Under the pieces are notes generated by a model. It searched no databases. It saw nothing but the letters and a program-made list of their open reading frames with translations, and was not told the DNA's origin. From NCBI GenBank assembly GCA_964644265.1, contig CAZXUX010000002.1:1-38365 (forward strand): a DNA stretch of 38,365 bases, in the 5' to 3' direction. This document shows, piece after piece, positions 32,053 to 38,365 of the stretch (positions within the stretch are counted from its first letter, which is position 1; the number at the start of each line of letters is the position of its first letter). The stretch comes from an uncultured Gammaproteobacteria bacterium (GTDB taxonomy: Bacteria > Patescibacteriota > Patescibacteriia > UBA9934). The position numbers and the translations under genes were made by a program.

Positions 32053-32205
32053 ATGCCAAAGCGCACATATCAGCCCAAAAAGCGCCGTCGTGCCAAGGTA
32101 CACGGTTTCCGTGTCCGCATGCGCACCAATAACGGTCGCTCAGTGCTTAAGCGCCGTCGTGCCAAGGGTCGCAAGCGACTCACTGTAATGGCTCGTCCGC
32201 GTTAA
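32053..32205 (+). CDS. rpmH: 50S ribosomal protein L34 (below the ORF-track size cutoff)
   Basis: Manual translation gives [50 protein letters not shown], the canonical L34 sequence and synteny. Confidence 0.93.
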   Translation: MPKRTYQPKKRRRAKVHGFRVRMRTNNGRSVLKRRRAKGRKRLTVMARPR

Positions 32206-32209
32206 GCTG

Positions 32210-32237
32210 AAAACCCGACTGTAAGGTCGGGTTTTTC
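32210..32237 (+). terminator. Hairpin + T tract between rpmH and rnpA (terminator/attenuator)
   Basis: aacccgac-tgtaag-gtcgggtt followed by tttcg. Confidence 0.6.
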
Positions 32238-32246
32238 GTTGATACA

Positions 32247-32723
32247 ATGCTTTCTATGTTAGCTGCGAAGTATCGATTACAAAAAGATGTAGACATTGAG
32301 CGCGTTTTAAAAACAAAACGCGGTGTTTTTGATACTGCTTGTGGCATTAAGTACGCAAAGAATGCTTTGCCTAACTCTCGTTTTACAGTAGTTGCTGGAG
32401 TTAAGGTAAGCAAGAACGCGGTAGATAGAAATCGAATGAAACGGCAGTATCGAGAGATTTTGCGAAAGCTCTTGCCGCGGATTACTGCTGGTTACGACAT
32501 TATGTTGCTTATTGGTAAACCAGCACTCACGCTTACCTATGACGAAAAAGAACAGCGACTCAGCCGAGTCTTCGCTAAAGCCGGGCTCTTGGTCCCTCCC
32601 TTCGCGAAAGGAGGAACGGCTTCTGCGCTTCGCCCGGCAACTGGCCGGACTGGCTCGACAACTGGCAACAGCACCAATCGTTCTGTATCAGCACACCCTG
32701 TCGCCCGATCACGGGCCAAGTAA
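32247..32723 (+). CDS. rnpA: RNase P protein component with an unusual ~45-aa low-complexity C-terminal extension
   Basis: KYRLQKDVDIERV, SRFTVVAGVKVSKNAVDRNRMKRQYREILR (RNR motif). Synteny after rpmH. Confidence 0.85.
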   Translation: MLSMLAAKYRLQKDVDIERVLKTKRGVFDTACGIKYAKNALPNSRFTVVAGVKVSKNAVDRNRMKRQYREILRKLLPRITAGYDIMLLIGKPALTLTYDEKEQRLSRVFAKAGLLVPPFAKGGTASALRPATGRTGSTTGNSTNRSVSAHPVARSRAK

Positions 32724-32883
32724 GGCGCTTTACCCGTACGGTTTTTGTAGATTTTATCCGAGCTGTTCGGAATACACTCGTTTGGCCATACTCAAATACG
32801 GTGTTGTCGTTGGCTATATTATGGGGTTTTGGCGAGTTTTGCGTTGCAATCCATTTTCAAGAGGTGGTATAGATAAGCCTTGA
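32539..32883 (+). CDS. yidD: Membrane protein insertion efficiency factor YidD (start uncertain)
   Basis: IVLYQHTLSP....CRFYPSCSEYTRLAILKYG..G......RVLRCNPFSRGGIDKP is the YidD signature. First ATGs are at 32512 and 32539. Confidence 0.85.
   Translation: MTKKNSDSAESSLKPGSWSLPSRKEERLLRFARQLAGLARQLATAPIVLYQHTLSPDHGPSKALYPYGFCRFYPSCSEYTRLAILKYGVVVGYIMGFWRVLRCNPFSRGGIDKP
32862..32879 (+). repeat. 18-bp direct repeat, copy 1 (last codons of yidD)
   Basis: aggtggtatagataagcc is identical to 34521-34538. Confidence 0.9.
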
Positions 32884-32891
32884 GAATAAAT

Positions 32892-32921
32892 AAAAAAAGG
32901 GCAAGGCTGGCGCTTTGCCCT
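32892..32921 (-). terminator. Terminator of the GNAT gene (convergent with yidD)
   Basis: Minus strand reads agggcaa-agcgccagcc-ttgccct followed by ttttttt. Confidence 0.65.
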
Positions 32922-32929
32922 CTAGAGTT

Positions 32930-33733
32930 CTACTCAATTTTTTCCGGATTTTGCCAGTACATGAGAGCGCCGTTGTCTAGACTCTCTGCGTCGATCATGT
33001 AGTTGGGTATATGGCCGACAACCGCAAGCGGTCGACCTAAATGTCTGGCTCGCGACCAGGGCCTGAGTCCGCGGTCGAGCGGTGGATACTTGAGTATGGT
33101 GCCGATTGCCTCACGCGCGGTGGTGGGGCCGGAACCATCGTAGGGGTGCAGACGTTGGCCGCGCTGGATTGCATCAACGACCCTTCGGAAGTCGAAGTTT
33201 CGAGTTTCTCCGTTTGGCGTCACAAGGTGCAGCCCTTCGGGGCTCATGCGCAAGTGAACGTAGTGTTCGGGAGAAAAGATTTCGTTGAACCGATGGTAGT
33301 CAGGTAGGCGACCGGCGGCGTAGAACGCGTTGAGTTCCAGCTGCACTGTGAGTTTCAGGGCAGTTTCGATGGCAAGTCTGCCAGCGCCGCGTCCGCGATA
33401 GAATGGATGACAGCCCAGGTTTACACCGTAGAGATGTTCGCCGTTAAGGTTGTGGCTGCGGCTAGCCCAGCCATTGCCGCTAACGATGGGCCAGCTGAGT
33501 TGATCGTTCGGATTGTAGTGAATCCGCACGGTATTGAACATGGCGGCCAGAGCGTTTGACTGGCTGTCGATCACCAGGATCTGACCGGCCGGAAAAACTC
33601 TCACGGCATCTTGAAATTGTTCGAGGGTGTAGGTGTAGTCGTCGGCAATTCCAGCCCAGGCGGCTTGTTCCATCTGCAGCATGAGCGGTTCGTCGCCCGG
33701 TTTTGCTGCGCGTGCGTAAAATTGTTGACTCAC
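32930..33733 (-). CDS. GNAT-family N-acetyltransferase with a C-terminal extension
   Basis: LGCHPFYRGRGAGRLAIE matches the acetyl-CoA-binding R/QxxGxG/A motif. GTG start with GGAGG 5 nt upstream. GC-rich. Confidence 0.65.
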   Translation of the reverse strand: MSQQFYARAAKPGDEPLMLQMEQAAWAGIADDYTYTLEQFQDAVRVFPAGQILVIDSQSNALAAMFNTVRIHYNPNDQLSWPIVSGNGWASRSHNLNGEHLYGVNLGCHPFYRGRGAGRLAIETALKLTVQLELNAFYAAGRLPDYHRFNEIFSPEHYVHLRMSPEGLHLVTPNGETRNFDFRRVVDAIQRGQRLHPYDGSGPTTAREAIGTILKYPPLDRGLRPWSRARHLGRPLAVVGHIPNYMIDAESLDNGALMYWQNPEKIE

Positions 33734-33856
33734 GTTTGCCTCCGATTCTCGCTACGAGAAAAGTTGTGATGGCTGCGGGAATAGTATACCTTGTAGTACT
33801 TGTAATTTTTTTTGTTTTATTTAAAATTGCGTGCAAGTCCAAAAATTGGAGGTTCA

Positions 33857-34462
33857 GTGGATCTTTATGCTTGGTTGGGGGTAGTCGCCGGCCTTGTGGG
33901 ACTGTTGGCCTTTGGGCCGTACATCATGGCAACGCTGCTTGGTGTTACGCGCCCGAATCGGGCTACTTGGGCCATCTGGAGTCTGGTTGGGGTGATGTTG
34001 GCTACGAGCTATTTCTCCGCGTCGGGAGAGAGGGTTACTATCTGGGTTCCGATCAGCTACGTGATCGGGCCGATTGTGACCGCGTTGTTGTCCATCTGGT
34101 ACGGGGTTGGTGGGTGGACGAGGCTTGATAGGCTCTGCTTGATCATTGCCGCGATTAGTGCGGTGATGTGGTGGTTGACGGGGCAGCCGGTCTTGGCTCT
34201 GCTGCTCAACTTGCTGGTTGATTTGGTTGGGGTAATCCCCACTCTAAGGAAGGTTTATAACGAGCCCGAGAGTGAGGATCGACTGGCGTGGTCGATGTCC
34301 TGCCTGGCCAACGGCTTGAACGTTCTGGCGCTTAATCCGTTCAGGATTGCAGAATGGACGTTTGCCGAGTCGGTATACCCGCTCTACATGTTCGTTGCGG
34401 TTGGTCTGGTGACCTTTTTCATCTACGTACGTGGTTACCAGCTTCGTCCCCCTGCGGTATAG
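33857..34462 (+). CDS. Hypothetical ~6-TM membrane protein
   Basis: GTG 33857 preceded by GGAGG (33849-33853). About six hydrophobic helices. No family assigned. Confidence 0.6.
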   Translation: MDLYAWLGVVAGLVGLLAFGPYIMATLLGVTRPNRATWAIWSLVGVMLATSYFSASGERVTIWVPISYVIGPIVTALLSIWYGVGGWTRLDRLCLIIAAISAVMWWLTGQPVLALLLNLLVDLVGVIPTLRKVYNEPESEDRLAWSMSCLANGLNVLALNPFRIAEWTFAESVYPLYMFVAVGLVTFFIYVRGYQLRPPAV

Positions 34463-34520
34463 GTAGTTGATTACCTGGGGGATTTTTGTTATGTGTTAAT
34501 TGGTCATAGGTTTTTTCTAA

Positions 34521-34538
34521 AGGTGGTATAGATAAGCC
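34521..34538 (+). repeat. 18-bp direct repeat, copy 2 (duplicate of the yidD 3' end)
   Basis: aggtggtatagataagcc. Upstream ttttctaa also resembles ttttcaag before copy 1. Confidence 0.9.
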
Positions 34539-34564
34539 GTGATACATTTGGTGTGAGGTGAAGA

Positions 34565-35041
34565 ATGAGTGACAGTGAGTCTGGTAAGAAGCGGGTGGCG
34601 GTGCTGTTGGGGCTGCTGGCGATGTCGCTTGTGGCTTTGGGGCTGACCGTCAGCTGGCGAGTTGGTTGGTGGGAGTTTGAGGTCGAGCAGCCTAGATCGG
34701 CACTGCTGGCCAGTAGCCACAAGGAAGCCTTGCGGCAGCTGGTTACGCAGCATCCGGATCCGCGGATCTCCGCCGATTTGGTGGCCGAGTGGAACGCGGG
34801 AACCATTTGGGTGCTGCCGGCCGATCTACTGGACGGCCAGGTGGCCGTGTTTCAGGAGCTCGATACGCGCGAGGCTTACGCGCGATATCGCAGGCGACCG
34901 GAAACTGGCGTGCAGACGGTGCTACTTGTGTCCACGCAAGAGATCGATGCCGCACAGAGCGATCCGTTGGCCAGGCAAGGCCTGGAGGCTGATCTGCTCA
35001 AGACTTACGAAAGCTTTGTGCTTCGTGACAGCGCCCGGTGA
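34565..35041 (+). CDS. Hypothetical N-terminally anchored protein
   Basis: GAGGTG upstream of the ATG. Single TM (VAVLLGLLAMSLVALGLTV). GC-rich. No family recognised. Confidence 0.55.
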   Translation: MSDSESGKKRVAVLLGLLAMSLVALGLTVSWRVGWWEFEVEQPRSALLASSHKEALRQLVTQHPDPRISADLVAEWNAGTIWVLPADLLDGQVAVFQELDTREAYARYRRRPETGVQTVLLVSTQEIDAAQSDPLARQGLEADLLKTYESFVLRDSAR

Positions 35042-35080
35042 TATGGCTAGCCATTGCCGGGTGTTTTTATTGAATTTTGT

Positions 35081-35109
35081 TTAAAAAAATACCCCGCGTG
35101 TTGCGGGGT
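35081..35109 (-). terminator. Rho-independent terminator of the aminotransferase gene
   Basis: Minus strand reads accccgc-aacac-gcggggt followed by attttttt. Confidence 0.75.
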
Positions 35110-35121
35110 GGGAGGTGTGCG

Positions 35122-36450
35122 CTACTTGAGCGAGTCGAGGCCGGCGAAGAAGCGGTTGAGGCCGCGTTCGATGTAGTCCGGCTCGACGGCGACGGAGATG
35201 CGGACCCAGTGGGGCTGGCGGAAATCACCACCGGGAACGATGGCGACGCCACAGCTTTCGGACAGATATAGGCTGAGATCCTTTACGTCCATGATGTTCG
35301 CATCGATCCAGTCGGCGACGTTGACGAAGACGTAGTAGCCTTGGCCGCTGATGAAGCGAAATCCACGCTCCCGCAGCATGCGGATCGCGAGGTTCCGACT
35401 CTTGTTGGTCGGCACCGTAACGCGGAGGCGCCAGGGGTGCTGCCAGGGGTCCGGGCTGCCGTAGAAACTCAGGGCGACGGCTTCGCCGAGCGGGGCCGGC
35501 ATGGTGACATGCGACGGCACGGCGCGCATGGTGTGGGCCAGTTCCGGGTTGCAAACCACCAGGTGAGCATCGCGCAGGTTGCTGCCGCCGATCACCTTGG
35601 CGGTGCCATCCATAGCCGTCACGGCCAGCCGAGCTTTGTCGCTCAGGCTGGCGAGCAGACGCGGCAGGTTGTAGCGCGGTGCATCATCGTCGATCACCAT
35701 CTGGTAGATGAGATCGAGAAGGACGTGCGGAATGCCGCACTTCACGGCGTGCTCGATGAGGTTCCGAAGTTCTTCTTCGGTGTGATAGTGGCCCGTCGGG
35801 TTGCCCGGCGAAGTCAGGACCATGGCCGCAATCGGTCGGCCATCGCTGCGAGCCTTGTGCGCGCAGGCGTTGATGCCTTCCTCGGTCAAGCAGAAGCTCT
35901 GCTCTTCTTTGCCCGGAGCCATGAGCACGTTGCGTCGTGCCTGGTAGAACAGCTGACCATAGCTCGGCCAGGGTGCTGCCGTGGTCACGACGTACTCACC
36001 GATGCTCGGCACGATGCAGGTGGCCCAGCGGTAGAGCGCTTCGCGCCCGCCGCAGGTGATGATGACTTGATCCAGCGTAGGCTGACCGGGTTCTCCGGTG
36101 AAGCCGTAGTAGTTCCGGTACAAGGCATCGCGCAGCCGCGCGTCACCGTGCGGATGCTTGCTGTACTTGGTGCAGTGGTGGTCCGGCAGGAATCCCGACA
36201 GGCTCTCGATCAGTTCCTGCTTGGAGATCCCCGGCAGGCTCATGCCGCCGTCTCCCTGGGACAGGTTGTAGACCACGTCGTTCTGGTTGCGTTCCAGGTA
36301 GCGATCGAGACCGCCGCTGATCAGGAACATCTGGGAGGTCGCGATGTTGCGAACACCGTCGAAGTCGTCGAGATAGTCGAAGTTGATGTAGGGCACCCGC
36401 TGCTCGGGTTTGTCGAACGGCTGAGCTTCCCAATCCGAATCTTCGGACAT
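35122..36450 (-). CDS. PLP-dependent aminotransferase, class I/II fold
   Basis: LTSPGNPTG motif and lysine segment DGTAKVIGGSNLRDA (SxxK..G..R pattern). Start set to ATG 36448-36450 with AGGAGA 5 nt upstream. Confidence 0.75.
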   Translation of the reverse strand: MSEDSDWEAQPFDKPEQRVPYINFDYLDDFDGVRNIATSQMFLISGGLDRYLERNQNDVVYNLSQGDGGMSLPGISKQELIESLSGFLPDHHCTKYSKHPHGDARLRDALYRNYYGFTGEPGQPTLDQVIITCGGREALYRWATCIVPSIGEYVVTTAAPWPSYGQLFYQARRNVLMAPGKEEQSFCLTEEGINACAHKARSDGRPIAAMVLTSPGNPTGHYHTEEELRNLIEHAVKCGIPHVLLDLIYQMVIDDDAPRYNLPRLLASLSDKARLAVTAMDGTAKVIGGSNLRDAHLVVCNPELAHTMRAVPSHVTMPAPLGEAVALSFYGSPDPWQHPWRLRVTVPTNKSRNLAIRMLRERGFRFISGQGYYVFVNVADWIDANIMDVKDLSLYLSESCGVAIVPGGDFRQPHWVRISVAVEPDYIERGLNRFFAGLDSLK

Positions 36451-36651
36451 GAGGTCTCCTGTAGTTGGGGTGAAAGAACCGCGTAGGAAGATAGCAAGTC
36501 GGCCTAAAAACGTCCATATAGGAAAGGCCGCCCGAGGGAATTCCCGGGCGGCCAGTACGTACGTTGCGGTCACTTGATGGATGTCTCAAGTGAGGTAATT
36601 ATGGCAAAAAGCTTAAAATTTGGCAATGTTTAAAATGAATATAGGAAGATT

Positions 36652-36900
36652 TTAACGCAATTTACTTACATCTGTTCCATCGGGGATTTCGAGGTGCTTG
36701 ACCTTGCTGGAGTGGCCGCGGCGTAGAACAACAAAAGTTTTTGGAATCCCCAAGTTTTTAGCGACAAGATTTATAAGTTCTTGGTTGGCTAGATTGTCGC
36801 GGGCTGGTGCGTGAAGAGTAGCCACGAAGGTTTGTCCATCGAGGGATGAGATGATTTGAGATGTTTTGGCGTTTGGTTTGCAGTGGAAGACGAGGATCAT
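36652..36900 (-). CDS. DUF167 (YggU-like) protein
   Basis: Pattern V.V.P.AK...I......G.....L.APA..G.AN..LI..LAK.LG...S.V...RG..S..K is typical of the family. Confidence 0.7.
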   Translation of the reverse strand: MILVFHCKPNAKTSQIISSLDGQTFVATLHAPARDNLANQELINLVAKNLGIPKTFVVLRRGHSSKVKHLEIPDGTDVSKLR

Positions 36901-36923
36901 AGTGCGAGCGGATCTGTGTAAGC

Positions 36924-36996
36924 GTCCCTGAGCGACAGCGAAGGGTCCGTTTGGTGGCGGTCGTTAGTTTGCGTCGAGAGGTTACTCGACCTGAGA
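36924..36996 (-). repeat. Inverted partial copy (3' module) of the structured repeat (copy D), overlapping the dcd-like stop codon
   Basis: gtccctgagcgacagcgaagggtccgtttggtggcggtcgttagtttgcgtcgagaggttactc is the reverse complement of the 3' module of copies A-C, with few changes. Confidence 0.8.
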
Positions 36997-37353
36997 AAAA
37001 ACTATTTTTACAAAAGTTTGCTCCGCCTTAAAAGTAACAACTTCTTGCGAATTATTGATAACAGAAAGTTTTAGCTTGCCCTTAAATCCTGGTTCTACAA
37101 AACAGTCGGTCATCAGAGCGTCGACTCCCCTTCTGGCGATGCTGCCTCGAGTAAACAATATGCCGCAGATGCTTGAGCCAAGACCCAGCTTTTCATTGGT
37201 TTCGACCACAGAAAAGACTCCTGGTTCGAGCGTAAGGTCACGATCGATCGACAAGGTGTAGCTGGCCTCTTTGAGGCGATCCTCGGAGAAAGGCTCAATT
37301 GTTATCTCACCAGCTTTGATGCGTTCGATGATTGAGGAGGCTTTGAGGGCCAT
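36982..37353 (-). CDS. Compact dCTP deaminase / dUTPase-superfamily protein
   Basis: MALKASSIIERIKAGEITIEPF...SYTLS...LEPG.F....T.E...L......G.L..R.S.AR.GV......V.PGFKG.L.L...N pattern. Start set to ATG 37351-37353. Confidence 0.7.
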   Translation of the reverse strand: MALKASSIIERIKAGEITIEPFSEDRLKEASYTLSIDRDLTLEPGVFSVVETNEKLGLGSSICGILFTRGSIARRGVDALMTDCFVEPGFKGKLKLSVINNSQEVVTFKAEQTFVKIVFSQVE

Positions 37354-37452
37354 AATTTGAGGTGTTATCGAGATTCTTCGAGTCATCACTCCCCCACGCC
37401 ACCACTTGAGGGGTCCTTCGTTGTCACTCAGGAACTGGATGCGCGTCAAGCG

Positions 37453-38307
37453 TTATTTTTTGCGGAAGCTCTTGAGCAATTCCAAATCGGCGATGCGAGG
37501 GTCGTTTTTTTGCCCCTCTTTTTCGTAAGGAGTCTCAAGAATTAGATCGATGTGTTTGAGTTTGGGGTGTTGGACAATGAATTTGAAAGCGTCCTCCCCC
37601 ATTGTTCCTTTGCCGAGGTGTTCATGGCGATCTTTGTGACTTTCGAAATCGACTTTGCTGTCATTGCAATGACTGGCGACAAGTTTTTTCAGGCCGATTA
37701 TTTTGTCGAAGAGTTTGAAAGTAGCTTCGACGTCAGTTTTTTTGCGCAGGTCGTAGCCAGAAGCAAAAGCGTGTTGCGTGTCGAAGCAGATGCCGATGTC
37801 TTTGCCGCGTTTAGCGCCGTCTATAAAGGCGGCGAGTTCTTCGAAGGTGTCCCCCATCACTGCTCCTGCGCCGGCGGAGATCTCGATTAATAACTGACAG
37901 CTACCGTCATAGCCATCCATGATTCTATTTAAGCCATCGACTACTAACTCGACACCTTTTTCTTGCCCGACATCTTTGGCCGAACCTGGGTGAAACATCA
38001 TGGCGCTAACGCCGAGCTTGGTGCAGCGTTCAAGCTCTTGGCGGAGCATGGTGATGGAGCCGAAACGAGTTTTATTGTTCGCCGAGGCTAAGTTAATAAG
38101 ATACGGAGCGTGGACGTAAGCGCGCTTTAAACCGCTTTCTTTCATGGCGGCTTTAAACTTGGCTGCATCGTCATCAGTAATTGTCTTAGCCGCAAAGCTG
38201 TGTGGCGGGCGCGTAAAGAATTGAATAACTTCGCAACCAAGGTTTTTGCCGTAGACCGGGGCGTGCCATTGACCACCAGCGGCTGATACGTGAGCTCCAA
38301 AAAGCAT
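37453..38307 (-). CDS. nfo: Deoxyribonuclease IV (endonuclease IV, AP endonuclease family 2)
   Basis: MLFGAHVSAAGG, YVHAPYLINLAS, FHPGS, LIEISAG, ICFDTQHAFASGYD, HCNDSK and HEHLGKG motifs. Confidence 0.92.
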   Translation of the reverse strand: MLFGAHVSAAGGQWHAPVYGKNLGCEVIQFFTRPPHSFAAKTITDDDAAKFKAAMKESGLKRAYVHAPYLINLASANNKTRFGSITMLRQELERCTKLGVSAMMFHPGSAKDVGQEKGVELVVDGLNRIMDGYDGSCQLLIEISAGAGAVMGDTFEELAAFIDGAKRGKDIGICFDTQHAFASGYDLRKKTDVEATFKLFDKIIGLKKLVASHCNDSKVDFESHKDRHEHLGKGTMGEDAFKFIVQHPKLKHIDLILETPYEKEGQKNDPRIADLELLKSFRKK

Positions 38308-38315
38308 ATGTGAAT

Positions 38316-38324
38316 AGTGTAACA
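38316..38324 (-). promoter_or_regulatory. Extended -10 (TGTTACACT) 8 nt upstream of the nfo ATG (leaderless-type)
   Basis: Minus strand reads tgttacact-attcacat-ATG. Confidence 0.5.
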
Positions 38325-38331
38325 GTGAACC

Positions 38332-38358
38332 AAAACACGAGCCAGGGGCTCGTGTTTT
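38332..38358. terminator. 12-bp hairpin with flanking A/T runs (terminator of the neighbouring unit outside the window)
   Basis: aaaacacgagcc-agg-ggctcgtgtttt. Confidence 0.55.
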
Positions 38359-38365
38359 GTGAGGT

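Noticed and set aside
35225-36589. ORFs 35341..36486 (+), 35225..35554 (-), 36143..36589 (-) and the N-terminal 41 codons of 35122..36573
   Set aside because: They are shadow frames of the GC-rich aminotransferase gene. The AGGAGA-N5-ATG at 36450 gives a sensible start, and the upstream codons have no support.

Overview
This 38.4-kb chromosomal segment spans the replication origin (dnaN, DnaA-box cluster, dnaA, then divergent rpmH-rnpA-yidD). The genome style is small and compact. I infer a CPR/Patescibacteria-type bacterium from a six-gene tandem array of TrbC/VirB2-like 'T4SS pilin' proteins, tight operons and many leaderless-looking promoters; this taxonomy is not proven. Ordinary content: a 5'-partial O-antigen-ligase-like gene, a solute-binding lipoprotein, galU, a SAM methyltransferase, a MazG-like NTP pyrophosphohydrolase, a YecM-like protein, PGI/PMI, an FAD reductase + ferredoxin + cysteine desulfurase + redoxin + VIT1 block, a 3D-domain protein, PBP1A, DUF167, dcd-like, nfo, tRNA-Ser(CGA) and tRNA-Cys(GCA). 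No rRNA genes or CRISPR arrays are present. Unusual content: (1) A ~340-nt dispersed repeat occurs as three full direct copies (about 1066-1498, 6597-6940, 12178-12510) and two inverted partial copies (6470-6545, 36924-36996). Its nested helices show compensatory substitutions between copies, so it is a candidate unclassified structured RNA or MITE-like element. (2) A strongly GC-rich ~4.8-kb cassette (1541-6352) lies exactly between two of these copies. It is bounded by ~17-bp inverted repeats that double as terminators. It encodes three ORFans (a 708-aa membrane protein and two secreted proteins) and is interrupted by an IS1595-family element of native-looking composition. (3) A second GC-rich island (32930-36573: GNAT, 6-TM protein, anchored protein, aminotransferase) follows yidD, and an 18-bp perfect duplication of the yidD 3' end brackets its first 1.6 kb. 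(4) Smaller signals: ~125-nt long-hairpin elements abutting both tRNAs; phased TTGGC heptamer arrays upstream of three minus-strand transcription units; an ATCTGTGTAAA iteron-like motif clustered near the origin and at the cassette border; a pair of matrixin-like lipoproteins; and a low-GC islet beside tRNA-Ser with a PD-(D/E)xK-like protein. All composition statements are by eye; nothing was computed or searched.
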